Source of the DNA: Eledone cirrhosa
Taxonomy: Eukaryota
NCBI GenBank assembly: GCA_964016885.1
Contig: OZ024746.1
Span: forward strand, 83,824,001 to 83,888,000
Direction: 5' to 3'
DNA length: 64,000 nucleotides
The notes beneath the pieces are model-generated. The model made no database searches, was not told the origin of the DNA, and saw nothing but the letters and a program-made list of their open reading frames with translations. Made by a program: the position numbers and the translations under genes. Below, piece by piece: positions 12,740-26,400 of this stretch (position 1 is the stretch's first letter; every line of letters starts with the position of its first letter).

Positions 12740-13144
12740 CCCTTTCGTTACTATATTTCTAATGAAATACAATGCTTGTGTTTCAATCATCTTTGAAAAC
12801 AATTGTTTAATCAGAAAGGGAAGGGCAGTGCCCATGATCCTTTTCAGAACCTCCAAGACAGGTGGGAGGAACAGATGGACATAGTATCTTTAAACTGGAG
12901 ACCTTGTCCCAATGCTTGCAACAGAGTGAACTCTGCTAAAGTTACACAAAAACAACTTATTCGTTATTATTAAGCTGGTAGTAGGAACATAACATTATCA
13001 TTAAGCTGGTGTTAGGAACATAACTTCATTAAGCTGGTATTAGGAACATAAAATGTTCGTAATAAAATTACAGTGGAAAGTTTTAATTTAAATATGAACA
13101 TTTTAAAAATGAGAAGCAGTCTCATGTGCATTGGATCAAAAGGG
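12740..13144. mobile_element. TTAA-flanked piggyBac-like MITE with internal tandem repeat
   Basis: TTAA|CCCTTT...AAAGGG|TTAA; three copies of attaagctggtrttaggaacataa at ~12968-13051. Confidence 0.7.
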
Positions 13145-13769
13145 TTAAAGAAATATTTGTGTTTGAAACAAAACAATTAGTGTTTTTATATAGCATTTTA
13201 TAACATATAGATGTCCTCTGGTTGAATGTCCCTATTATGTCTGTATTAGAAGTGGGGGACAAATTAAAACAACAAAATTGTCTTGCTTTATTATAATTTC
13301 ATTCACCATTATTTTTATTGATGGATTGGCAGTATCAGTAGACTGTTGGACAAAATACTTTGCAGTACTTAGTTACAACATTCTACATTCTGAGTTCAAA
13401 TTCTGTTGAGGTTAGTTTTGCCTTTCACCCTTAAGGAGCCGATAAACTAAAGTACCAGTAATACACTGGAGGTGATTTAATCTACTTGCTCTTCCTTTTA
13501 AATTACTGGCCTTGTGCCAAAAGTAAATTATTATTATTCAATGAGGCGGGAAGATGTATTTGGTGGGGAACTACACTATTTCATACTGTAATTAAATTTT
13601 ATATATGAATATTTATTTGGAAATAAATTTCTAATGAATTTAATTTTTCAAAATAAATTAAAACTAAACATTTCAATACTTAAGTTGCATTGAATATAAA
13701 TTAGAAAATGTACTAATAACTATGATATTAATCAATATGATACTTGCATTTCTTAGACCAATGCTTCTA

Positions 13770-13924
13770 TAATGTGTGTGTGTATGTATATATATATACA
13801 TATATACATTTGTGTATACATATATGTATATATGTGTGTGTGTATGTATGTATATATATGTATATATATATATGTCTGTGTGTATGTATGTGTACGTATA
13901 TATTTGTATATATATGTATGCATA

Positions 13925-13976
<52 letters not shown>
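13770..13976. repeat. Compound (TA)n/(TG)n microsatellite
   Basis: Direct reading; similar tracts at 9006-9048, 10010-10225, 15616-15687, 17730-17815, 40138-40205; G22 run at ~1263-1284. Confidence 0.95.
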
Positions 13977-13979
<3 letters not shown>

Positions 13980-15654
13980 AAATTAGATTTTCTTTTTTTA
14001 ACATGTGGTGCCTTTACATATAATTTGTTATTTATTTTCAAATCTGTAATACTAGTCTGCTCAATATCCTGCATAGGCTGAATATATATTGTGTCTTTTA
14101 TATATGATTATTTTCTCAACAAATATCGAAGCCATCGTGTCTATTTAAAGTATGTTTAATAAATGGTTCACTGTAGTTGTATGAAATAGTATACAACTAG
14201 TAGATTTCTAGTCGCAAAATTGAATGTTATTATCTCCCATTTTATCCCCTCTCCTCTCTCTTTTTCTGCCTATTATGTTTTTGTATTTATTTCTTTTCTT
14301 CTTTTTGTTTTAAAATATCTATTAAATTCATTCAAATGAAGGCTTGTTCCACTTTAACTCTTAAAATCCTGTGATGGTTGAAATGAAAATATTTCAAAAC
14401 AGGTTTGTTGATTTAAATATTTGTAGTATCTTTACTATTGGCCAGGTTGTTGTAAAAACATTGCAGTATTAGAGTAAACACTTCAAACTTTAATGTGATG
14501 CAGTCGTAGAGCTCTTTTATACTTTTCAAGAATGTCTTGCTAATGCAGTTTTATGTGGTATAGGATGTTAAGATTGAGGGCATGAGGGGGTGAAAATAAT
14601 TTCTATTTATATACACTTTCCTTGGTTCTGATTGTTGTAAGTCTAAGTTTAGAAAAAAAATCTTTTAATAACTTGTGCTATTCATTCATTTTGATTCAAA
14701 ACCATGTGCCTATATTCTGCTAATTTTGCTACTAGATGCCCCCACTCAACTCCTGGTCTAATAATACTGAGTCAACAACTCTGTTTTTATGTTAGATATA
14801 ATTCTATAAAGTATGGTTGAGGGCTTTATCTCTCTCACATATACACACAGATGTTTATGTAAAGGAAATGAGTAATTCTGCATTGGTTTGCAATGATGTA
14901 GTAGTTACATATTTAAATCACTTTTGGCAAAATTAGTATTTGCACCTGAAATTGTGCTTTAGGAATTTTTTGTTTTTGTTTTGTTTTTTTCTTTATAATT
15001 GAAACTTGATGTTTCTAGAACAGAAAGCTAGAATTATGCTATTTCCTTGGTTTAAACTACAGTTGCTACTTAGTTTCTTCTCGACTTGTGTTGCATTTAA
15101 TATATTTTGTACCTTATTCTCTATAATTATATCTTAATATTGAAGGCTTTTGACCATTAATTGACTGTGTTCAGTGGATTATTTCTTTCAAGTTATTATT
15201 TAGAACTGTATGTAGTATTACATTCAATGCTATTCCTGTCATAAGGAATTCAGAGACATCCCATTTGAATTGTTAGATTTTATGGTGGTAGGTTTAGATT
15301 TACAAGTGTTTTACAAATGGTTTGATTTGGTTCTCCTAGCATTTGTGTTCATATACATTCCCATGAATTAACTTTTGTATAAGTGTGTAAATCTATTTAT
15401 ATTCAAACTTGTATACTTTTGGAGAAAGGCATGCATGTTACACATTCTCATTTCTCAATCCTTTGAAAATGTGATATTTTTGTATGTTTGTAAAAAATTC
15501 TACATGGGTGCCTCATTTGCAACAGGAAAACGTGGTGGGCATTATTAAAGAGAAAAGGCTCTTTATTATAGCTTAGAAGCTTAAATAGTACTAAACATAT
15601 TTTTTTCTCTAGGTTTATATATATATATATATATATATACATATGTACGTGCAT

Positions 15655-15687
<33 letters not shown>

Positions 15688-16327
15688 AGATGGCAGCTAC
15701 CACGTGCTTGAGTATAGCCATCGCTTAAATTTTCAAACATGCTACTGTATGGGTATAGCACGGATGTAACCTTTTGAGGCCTGCAAGAGTCCTACAGATG
15801 TTACAGACAGGGCCTTTGGCAACAAGAATCGATGGCTGGTTGCCATGTACTTTCATGTTCTGCTTCGGGTCTCCTGCTGATTGGCAGACTTTACCCCCAT
15901 TGATAGCAGATTGTTATACCATATGCATCAACATAATCTGCATGAGCTCTTTTTACATGGATCCTTTATAGACTCTTTAATCTAACTTTAATGCATACAT
16001 ACATAGATACATACGTACGTACGTACATATACATACATGTGTGCATACATACAAACATACATACGTGTGTGTGTACTTCTAGTTTACTTATATAGAGGCT
16101 TTTTGAAATGCTTTATTCTTCCACTGATTGATTGCATGTTTTTTTATGTATATCAAGATGCACTGCTCTTTTTTAGAGCAACAAAGCTTTTCTAGATTAC
16201 TACAGAAGTATTTTGTTATCCAACTTTGTCCATGATATATTATTAGTATAAATGTAAACTTATAATCTGAGTTGTTGGTATGTATACGTGTTAGTTTGAA
16301 TTACTAGGGTTAAAAAGGCTATATTAA

Positions 16328-16532
16328 CCCTTTAGCATTTACATTACTCTATATATATATTGTATTTTCATGGTAAAGGCTTTATCTCACATAATATCAA
16401 ATCTATGATTTGGATATTATTTATTTTGAGAAACATACCTTAACATCAGTATGACCAGCTGATTACAGCTGGTTTGAACAGAAAAAAGTGAGATAATTCT
16501 GGCCAGATACAGCCAGTTTAAATGCTAAAAGG
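16328..16532. mobile_element. TTAA-flanked piggyBac-like MITE
   Basis: TTAA|CCCTTTAGCATTTA...TAAATGCTAAAAGG|TTAA. Confidence 0.75.
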
Positions 16533-19500
16533 TTAATGTATATATAATTCTTTAAATAAACATATCGTAATTGAAGAAGACCTTAAATTTTGGTCTATGT
16601 TCATTTCTCGTTCAGGCTGGGAGGTTGGCTTTAGATGTTGACAGGGCTTCACCGTGTCTCTTCAGCTCCTGAACCAATATACTGGCTGAACTCTTCTTAA
16701 TACCATCTTTTGATTTTATGACTCTAGTTTCTTTAGTTTGATAAAGGATTAGATTGTTTTTTTCAAAACCTTCACTTCATAGATATGTAACAGAGCTATG
16801 ATTGATGTTGTATCATATTTGCTATGATAGAGCAAATGTCTTAGACACTTTCATATACTATTCCTAAATGTTATTACTTATGTGAGATGCTCCTTTTCTG
16901 ACCTGAACTTAGATATATAATAAACAACATTCAGCTTTTAGTTGTGTTTAAGAGGAAAAAAACCATCTCCAATTAATTTTCTGACCCCTTTTCTATCAGT
17001 TTCATTGTGTGATCAGTCAAAGAATATATGATTGGAAACAATGAACAAGAAACAAGTGAAACAAATTCACTTCTAGCGCTGTCATGTCAACTGTGTCAGT
17101 CTTCTAATCTTCCTTACGAGTTATATTTTAATCATAGATTTTAAGCTATATTATTATTCATTTTCTTTTAAGGGTTTGCTTTAATATTATAAAATGACGG
17201 GTTAATAGCTGTTTGTGTGTGTTTATCCAGTTCAGCCTTTTTTTTTAAATTTTTTTAGTGTCACTGGAATATTTTTGTAAATTTCTGAAAGTAAAACTTA
17301 AATTATTTCCAGCATTCTATCATTTTAACCTCTCAAAAATCTCCATTTTTCATAAGACCTACAGTGTCAATTTTTTATTTTTTTAAATTTCAATAACCTC
17401 AAATATTAAAAGTTTTGTGCCTTTTTTCTCTCTTCATCTGTCATTATTATTTTTTGGTATCAATAGCGATATTAGAAAGGTGAGGAACAAACATGATCAC
17501 TTGTTTACTTCTTATGGCTATCATTCTGTCTTCATATGATTAGTTAGATTAACTGGCCTAACTTTACGATTAGAAAATGTTTCTACTAATTCATAAAACT
17601 ATTCACTTTCTCATTTAATCATGACTTTATAAAAAAATTCTGTGATATACTGCTCTTCCTGTTCCATTGTGGTTATTGGTTAAAGTATCTGCCATACATA
17701 GTAGTTCTACAAAGGATGAATAACAGCTGAATATATATATATGTATGTATGTATATGTATATATATTATATATATTATATGTATATATATATTATATGTA
17801 TATATATATTATATGTCAGATATCTGTTTAAAATACCCCAGTATTTAAAGCATTCTAATATTAACTGAATGAGCACTCAATATTGGTGGGTAGAATGTAG
17901 AAATTTATTTTCTAAGAAGAAAAGTGGGAGTAACTTTTTTTCAAAGTTTCAGCATAGTCATCTTAACTACCATCCTGATGAAGTGACTAAGCTGAAAGTT
18001 TGAAGTCATTGTCACTTTTCTAATTGTTAAATTCATATGTATGTTTGTGTGTGTGTGTGTATATATATATATAATATATATATATATCTTTGATTTTGTA
18101 TCTTTATATGTATTCATTTTTTTTAAATTTAATTTTACTTTATTTTAAAAACATCTGTCATGATTTCTTTAACATATATTCAGTTTCAAATATGTTTAGC
18201 TTCCTTCTTACCTAGACATATATTTTTGGATTTTGCAGTCACTGTTAGCTGTGTTGATTGTATGTAAGTCTTCTGGTGAATGCTAGATTGTTTGTATCCA
18301 CTTACTAGCATTGTAATGGGTCCATGGCCAGACACTCTGTCCCTCTAACGCTACATAAGTACTATGAAGTAATAATAAACAGTGACAGTACTATATAATT
18401 TATGGGCTATGAATCTATTATAGCTTGGAGAAGTGATCTTCTGAAGTCACTGGAGCTAATTTCTAATGTAGCTAATCAAGAAAATCCAATCAATTATCTT
18501 TATTTCTAACACTTGTGGGAAATAAATTATATATTGATTAGTTGACTAATTGATGTAATTTTATCAAATTGAAATGATACATAGTTTTAATTTTGTGTTG
18601 GAAACCATTCTTTTACTTCAAAAACTCTTTATTTATGCTTCCTTTCTATCCAGCAAATAAGATCAACAAATTATTGATTAATTTACTATGATGTAAGTGA
18701 CTGTATAACAGAAATCTTGTTTGTGTAAGAAATAAGTTTAGGTCTTTATTTTTCCTTTTCTGTTACAGAACCTCAAAATTATTGGAAAATCATCAAGGTT
18801 TTAATCTATTTTGAATCATAAACATGCTTTTTTAAAATCATACTTTTAGAAAAATATCAACGATATTAGTTTATCTAAGAAATTGATTTCAGAATGAAAA
18901 CAAAAAATGGAAAAAAAAAACCCACTTAAAGATGACTATAAAATTCACTAATTTAAAACAATCATCATTATATATATATATATCTTACCTAAACTAAATA
19001 TTTTTCTAAAAAATATTAAAAAAACAAACAACAAAAAACAATTAAATTTTAAAGAATTTTGTTTTTGTTTCTTGTAGTTATAATTTTAAAATGATGACAG
19101 CACTAACTGTAGTTTAAGATGAGTTGAATTATAAGGTTCTTTTCATTTTATTTTTCAAATGGATTTGAACTGCTAGTGATTCCATCATTAATATTTTCAC
19201 AATGTTGGTGAAACATGGAGTATGTATGTAAGATGAGGATTATTAGTTTTTCTCTCTCATCACAGCTATGTCCTGAAATATATAAACTGTTTCTAGGAAT
19301 CTTTGGATTGCAAAATCCTATATAATTCTAACATTCTAGGACATTGCTTCCTTATTAGCTTTTCTAAACATGGTAATGTATATCCTTGCATTACTTTACA
19401 CCATCTATTGAATAATTGAACGAGCTATTGATTCAAACCATAAGTTAGTCCTTTGATCTAGTATTAACGCAGGATATGTCAAAACAATATTCAACTTTGC

Positions 19501-20542
19501 AAGTAACTGGTGGATCAGGGGAGGTAAGGAAGTGATAACTTTGGCTAGTAACAATGTTATATGAAATGTTGATGGTAATGCTGTTATGTAAGAGAGGTAA
19601 CTGTTAGTAGCCACGCTGTTAGAAATGAGGTAAACGGTGGTGGTGGTAACAATTATTTGATGATATATAATGAGTGGTAATGATGTCCTTATTTTATACT
19701 GGTCACAGAATTATCTTTTAGGACTTATTGTGTTGTTTAATGCAAGTGTTATTCATTTGACAAAGCTCAGTATCTTTTGATGTTTAAATTTTGAATTACA
19801 ACAAAAACCCACATTTCTGCCTGTCATCACCTCATTTCTTCTGTAAAATTTAGTGTCTGTGTTACCTAAAATACTAGAAACAATAGAAAAAAATTTATTT
19901 GGAAAAAAAAGCATTTCCTGCTTATCTTAAGGTACATTATGATTTCTTTATTAACCACAAAAGGGTTTGCAAAAAGAAAACATTAAGGACAACACAGGAC
20001 GATACAGTGTGAGTTTGAACATATCATTTTTATAACAGTATATACTATGTTTATAAGTAGTACAGGAAATGTACATAGAAATGTTGTAGAAACATATCAG
20101 TATCAGATGTTGAATACAGCTTAAGATGCTGTAACAGAACTGTTGTGCTTTCTGAGCCAAGTCAAATCCATGATGATGCTAATAATAAAACCACCTTATT
20201 TTCCTCTATTATATAATTTGTCTGCACGGCAGGCTGGACTTGTTTATGCAGTGAATGTTGCTGTGGCTATAATGCTGGTGGCATTAAGTGGGAAGAATTT
20301 TTATTTGGGTGGAAAGAGAGATGAAACAATTTCAATCGACATCAAGCTTGTGACTATTTTTCAAATCTTGAGGACACCCTTTCTATTATTATTATTTTTT
20401 TTAAATTTAAAAAGATTATTCATATAAACATTGATTCAAACCATAATACTCTTGGACCATAAACAAATCTGAGATCCAAGCATGTATGTGTTTTCATATA
20501 TGGATGTATGTGTGCATTTTCATGTATTGTATACGCGCGCGC

Positions 20543-20575
<33 letters not shown>

Positions 20576-21879
20576 ATTAATTTGAAACTGAAAATATTCT
20601 GAATTTAAAATAACAACAAAAAATATTGCTTAAATGTAGCAGGCCTGCTTATCTGTCTCTATGAAGGAAAGTTCTTTAGCGCTGAAGAATTTTCTGGATG
20701 AGTTGAGTCAGTTGACTGAAGTAAGAACTATGAAAAAAGGGTAGTATTTAAACATTTGCAGGGAGGGGGTAGAAAATGATGTGTTGGAGGATGGAAACTC
20801 AGAGGTAAAAGATGTGGTCATCTGGTCATTTATTTTCCTTCTTAATTTCTCCTCTCCCCTATTTTCTCTTCACTTCCCTGCTCCCATTCCTTCCACTTAC
20901 TCTGTGTGAGAAACAACCAAACAATTCTGCAATGGTCAGTTTGCAACATGTTCAAATGGCTTTAGCCTGGTCTCCCTCCACACACATACATACACATTCA
21001 CCAATATTCACATAAAAATTGTTGTTGTTCTTGATTTTAAAAAAAATACAACATACAAAACAATGAATAATCTGTGGTGTATCATTTTTTTTTTTTTATT
21101 ATTATTTTGAGCTAATAAATAAATTTTAAAAAGACTTAACCAGATGAAAAAAAAAAAATCAAACAGCAACAACAAAAGACAGTGAAATAAATGATAAAGG
21201 GAAAAAAGTGGGGGTTAATAACCTCCCACCCTCAAAAAGACAAACAATTTCCACCTCTTTCAACAAAAAACAAAAAATCCCTCATTCTTATACACATGTA
21301 CTCAAACAGGATGAAACTAAACAAAAATCTTTGCTTCTGTGATTCAGCAGTTACAATTATAACAATGATTTTTATTTATTAATATTATTCTCATTATTAT
21401 TATCACTATTATTATTATTATTATTGTTTTTGTGTATGTATTCATTGTTGTTGTTATCTGATTTACATTGATTTTTTTTTTTTTTTTTTTATTGCAAAGG
21501 TTTTCATCAACCAACAATATGATTGCGTTCAGTATATCTCTGGACCTTTATAGTTAGCCTCCTTCAGTTTCATGCATATTATATATATGTGGAGCTGAGA
21601 AGTAGAACAGCCTTGAGGTATTAGCACATTCTTCACTGACATTACAGCACTACACACAACCAGTTGCCTGTTTGTCTGTCTCTCTGTCTATCAATCTATT
21701 TACCAACATGCATCTATGTATCTTTATCAGCATCACCATTTTATGTCTATTTTCCATGCTTGCATGGGTTAAATGGGTTGTTATTCTCTGAGGCTAGACA
21801 TGCAGCCCCAGATGACTATATCTTACTCGTGTGTTCCATTTTGGCATGGTTTATCTGGCTGGATGCTTTCCCTAACGTC

Positions 21880-22230
21880 AACCACTTCCTTGTGTGTACC
21901 AGGTTTACTTTCTTGTGGCACCAGCACTACCACTTTACAGTATGGGCTAGGTGCATTTTATCATGGTACGAGCACTACTGCTTCACAGTTTGGGCTGGGC
22001 GCATTTTATTGTGGCACCAGCACTACCACTTTACAGGGTGGGCTAGGTGCATTTTATTGTGGCACCAGTACTACTGCTTTACAGAGTGGTCTGGATGCAC
22101 TTTATCATGGCACCAAAACTACCATGTTACAGAATGGGCTGGATGCATTTTGTCATGGCACCAGCACTACTACTTTCCAGTGAGCACATTATTGTGGTAC
22201 CAGCACAACCACATTTCAACACTAGTGCAC
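21880..22230. repeat. ~48-bp minisatellite, ~7 copies, inside an RTE-tailed element
   Basis: ccactttacag.gtgggctaggtgcattttattgtggcaccagcacta repeated. Confidence 0.9.
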
Positions 22231-22769
22231 TTGCATCCTTAGCCTGGCTAGGAGGACAGTGGTAGAGAGTAGGGTTTAGGCTGCCTATTACTTGAAGAAA
22301 GGGTGGGGTGGCCTTAGGGTAAGTGAATGATGTCTGGTGATGTTGTTGGGGTGGGGTGGGTGAGCACGGCTTTCCATGCTGGCATGGTTGGATACACAAG
22401 GATAAATTTGGCAATGCAAATTGTGGGTGAGAGGGAGAGAAAGAGTGGACAAACAGTGTTTGGCAGGACAGTGAAGTTGCATCTGCCTTTGGGTAGGAGT
22501 CAGGAATGTGAGGGGTCGCATGACTAGGTGGGACTTGGAAGGACTATGATGGGGGAGATAAAGTGTGTGAAGGAGCAAGACTAGGTGACAGGAATGGTTA
22601 GTGAGTTGGAGGAGTAATGGAAGTATCAGCCTATGTGTTGTTACACCATTCTGCTTTTTACTGCCATCCTCCCCATACTCAGAGTTGGATGTGGTGGGTG
22701 GGGTAGACAGTAAGGAGTGGTGATAGATAGGGCTGCCTATGTGCTGTTAAATCTTTCTGCCTTTCACCC

Positions 22770-23450
22770 CTCTTGGATGGGGATGTGAGTCTCAGTCTTG
22801 TCTCCTCTGCGATGTTCAACTTTACTACAGATTCCCTCAACTTTGAGTGCCCTGCACTTCTTTATGCAGCTCTTGTCTTTGATACGCTTCACTTGGCCAT
22901 ACCAACACACTCTTGTCTCTTCTACACTACATTCAATCCCTCTTATGCACAGTTTTTCCCTCAGCTTATTAATGCTTTATCATTCTTGTATTACATATTT
23001 GCTTTATTTCTTTCCACTCATCGCAAATCCTTTGCATTCAGTGCCCAAATCTTTCTTACATGCAGCATTGTGACTTGCACACAGACATCATATAATCTGT
23101 CTTTCATTCTGAGCAAAACCACCTTTATAGCCAGCAGAGCTAGTAGCTCCCTGAACTTTTTCCAACTTGTTCTAACCTTGGCTACTGTACTTTCAAAGAA
23201 CCCACCTTCATTACTAATTTGGCCACCAAGGTAACAGAAAATGTCTATTATTTCAAGGAAGCCATCTGAGCATTTGATAGTTTGTTTTATGTACAACTTT
23301 GCTGCCTACCGCTTCTGTGCATCCTCCACATTTGAAGTCTACATTTTGTGTTAGCCTGCTTGAGATCCCAACTCCTTTTTTGAATACAGAGCACAGCCAT
23401 TTTCCTGATGGGATCAGTGCTCTGTCTTCTTTCTGTATGTATGCAACATA
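22770..23450 (-). mobile_element. RTE-clade LINE RT fragment
   Basis: FKCGGC..LEIIDIFCYLGGQISNEGG..ESTVAKVRTSWKKFRELL..LYDVCVQVTMLH. Confidence 0.85.
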
Positions 23451-26400
23451 TATCCATACATACATCTGCACACACATATATATGTGTGTGTGCACATGAT
23501 TTCTGCTATACTACAACAGATTCACCAGCCAGTTTGTGCCATCATATAACAGCAACAACAACAATGTTTATAATAATCCACTTTCTCCTCATGCTGTCTG
23601 ATTGTTGTTCGCATTTTGTTCTTCCTCCCTTCATTCTTTCTAGTCTGAAGCAGTGCTTTGTCAAATGGACAGCTAAACATTTCTTTTGAAGTTATATAGG
23701 ACACTTATGGACTTCACATGTTGTATGTCTCAATGGTGTCCCATTCATTGTCTAATGCCTGTACCTGGGTACATGTGTATGTGGGGTGCTGCGTGTGTTT
23801 AAGTTTCCATGTCTAAGGAATAAATGTTTCATTGCATGTAGTTCTGCAGTAGATAGCTCATGTGCATTGAAAAACAAAACCATTATTAAAAGACTCGATG
23901 GATATTTTAACAAGTTTGGATAATAAATTCATTAGGAAAAAGAGTTACTTTTTAAAATGTAAACATTTTTTTTTTTCTTAAAGTTAGGAAAGAGGAAAAA
24001 AATATTTTAATAATAATAATTGGTAATAATAAAAGACATCTTGCTGTGCAAGCTTAAAAGGAATGAAGTAATCAGAAATTAAGAATGAACTGCAGACCGC
24101 TACATTGTGATAATGTTTTAAAAACTTTATTCAGCCTTCAATATGTATAATCTTTGTAATGCTTGCTGGCCAGGTATTTTCTATTTGTTTCTAACTTACA
24201 AAACTAATTTTTAGATGTGCAAAAATATATACATGTGTGTGTTTGATGATGATACACACACATACATATCTATGTGCATGTATATATATATATATATATA
24301 TGCACATACACACACATACAAACACACATGCACTATCGGATACAATGGCATATGGTTTCATCATGTGAACATCATGTGCTTCAGTCGACATGAAATGGTG
24401 GATGACATTAATGTGATAATAGAACATGAAAATGGTTTTTTTCATTTAACTTTTAACCCCACCACTACTCTATATCTACAATTAATAGTATTTTGTTTTT
24501 CTTGGAATTATGTTCTTGTGTTTTTATTTTTGCTAGCATGTGGAAAATAAGCTATTGTCTGAAAGTAAATCTGCAACCCTATATATTATTTAAGTGTACT
24601 AGTTATTGTACCATTATTAATGTAGATTTCAGTTGAGGGTCTCCAAAATAGCATTTAGCTTTTACTTTTGATTGGTTAAGATGGGTTATTGATATTTCTT
24701 GTTATCTTTAGATTCTAATGTCTAATTGAAGTTATGAAGACCTAGGAGGAATTAACAGATGTTATTGTCTGATACCTGGTATAAACAAATACTGACTTGA
24801 GTTCTTATTTGTTTGAAAAGAAATTGTTTCCTTTTGTTAGGTTCTACTGAATAGAAGACGTGATACTGGTAGGCCAAGTGCAAGAGCATATGTTGGTTCA
24901 TGATTACAGCTAGTTTTACATCATTATTTCTTTATCACACCTAGGAAAGGTATGACCACGAGCAGAAAGGGACTAGTATACCATTCCAGAGATATTATAA
25001 TTGGGTCATTTATACACTATGTCTGCAAAGATGTTTTTTGTTTTTCTCCTCCTTTTCTTATATTACTTGGCCGGGCAACTGAATATTTAGTCTGGTAGCT
25101 CACTCAGTTGTTCTAACATATCTAAGACTTTAACATAGAATAATCTGCTTTATTACTATTGCAGCTATTATGCTTATGACAAAGACATTTAGCTATTAAT
25201 GACCCCGCATGACTGAGAATATACGCCATAAGCAGTTTTCATTTATATAAGGAGCTGGATCAGGGGCCAAATATAATCAGCAAGATCTCAATATCTTACA
25301 CCACTGACTTTGTTTGGTCTCCCCAAACCTGACTTTCTATTATTATTCAGCAAGAATATGATGTCAGAGGACACTAACAAATTGTACCTGAGTGGATATT
25401 ACATTACTAGCTATGGGTCATTACAAATAATGGTGTTGTTTACCAACCTGATATATGTATAGAGAGTTGCTGTTGACCAAGTCTAACATTAGTATCCCAT
25501 TTACAGTGCTATTCTGTGTTTATAACAAAGACACTTGACTCTCAAATGGTCTAGATCAGCTAGTTTGCTGATAAATAACTATTATAGTATGGAACAAGCT
25601 CACTATTTTATGCAGCTGAAGCACAATAAAATTGTTTAACTTACAATGTTGAATACAGCCACCCCTATGGGTGTAATATAGAGTGGGATAGGCTCTGTCA
25701 AGTTATCTTGTCCAAGATAAACTTACACAACAAAGACAAAATCTTTAGTAGCATTCTGTTGGTTGTGGGATTCAACATTAAATGCATCTACTCAGTTCTC
25801 TCGTTTTTTGTTGTTGTTTTTGTACATTCTTGACAGGACAGTTTCTCTCAAGTCTACCTATCTATGGCAGATTATGCACACTGCTGTTTTAGGATAATTA
25901 TTTAATCCTGTTTAATTGTGAATGTTTCCTGTTTTGACTTATTAGACAATGTTACTTATCTCCAGAGTACAAAACTAGGCAAGTTGTTAGGAGGTTCATA
26001 TGAAACAACATACACACATGCATGACACAGACAGACAGGGTTACCTAGAGTCTCCTCAACATTTTAAGTGTGATGGAGTAGAAAGCTAAGTATTATTGTT
26101 TGGCCATAGTCTGGTTGTAGAACAAATAAAATATTTTATATTCGGAACACAACATATTATTTGCAGCAGAGTATAAACCAGGAACTTGATACCTTATCAA
26201 ACTGGTCATTGTACTCCATAAATATCTTCACTTTCTTTCTTGTCAATCATAAAGGGAAGTTACTCTTGCAATTTGTGTTTCTGCTTTTTTTAAAGGAATA
26301 AATACAAACAAAATTCTTGTCTTGTACCATGCTGCTTCATTCTGTAGATAAGCTGATGTGCATTGAGAAAGAAACGAAATGTTTATTGAGGTTAGAAAAT

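Noticed and set aside
13673-14081. Y/I/C/V/H/T-rich ORFs (also ~10008, 15448, 24191, 30698, 40100)
   Set aside because: Translations of TA/TG/CA microsatellites
21664-22242. 192-aa ORF with WHQHY repeats (also 36815-37276)
   Set aside because: Read-through of the ~48-bp repeat units of a non-autonomous retroelement
24600-26250. Unique-looking sequence that might hide exons
   Set aside because: No convincing ORF or paired splice sites found by eye
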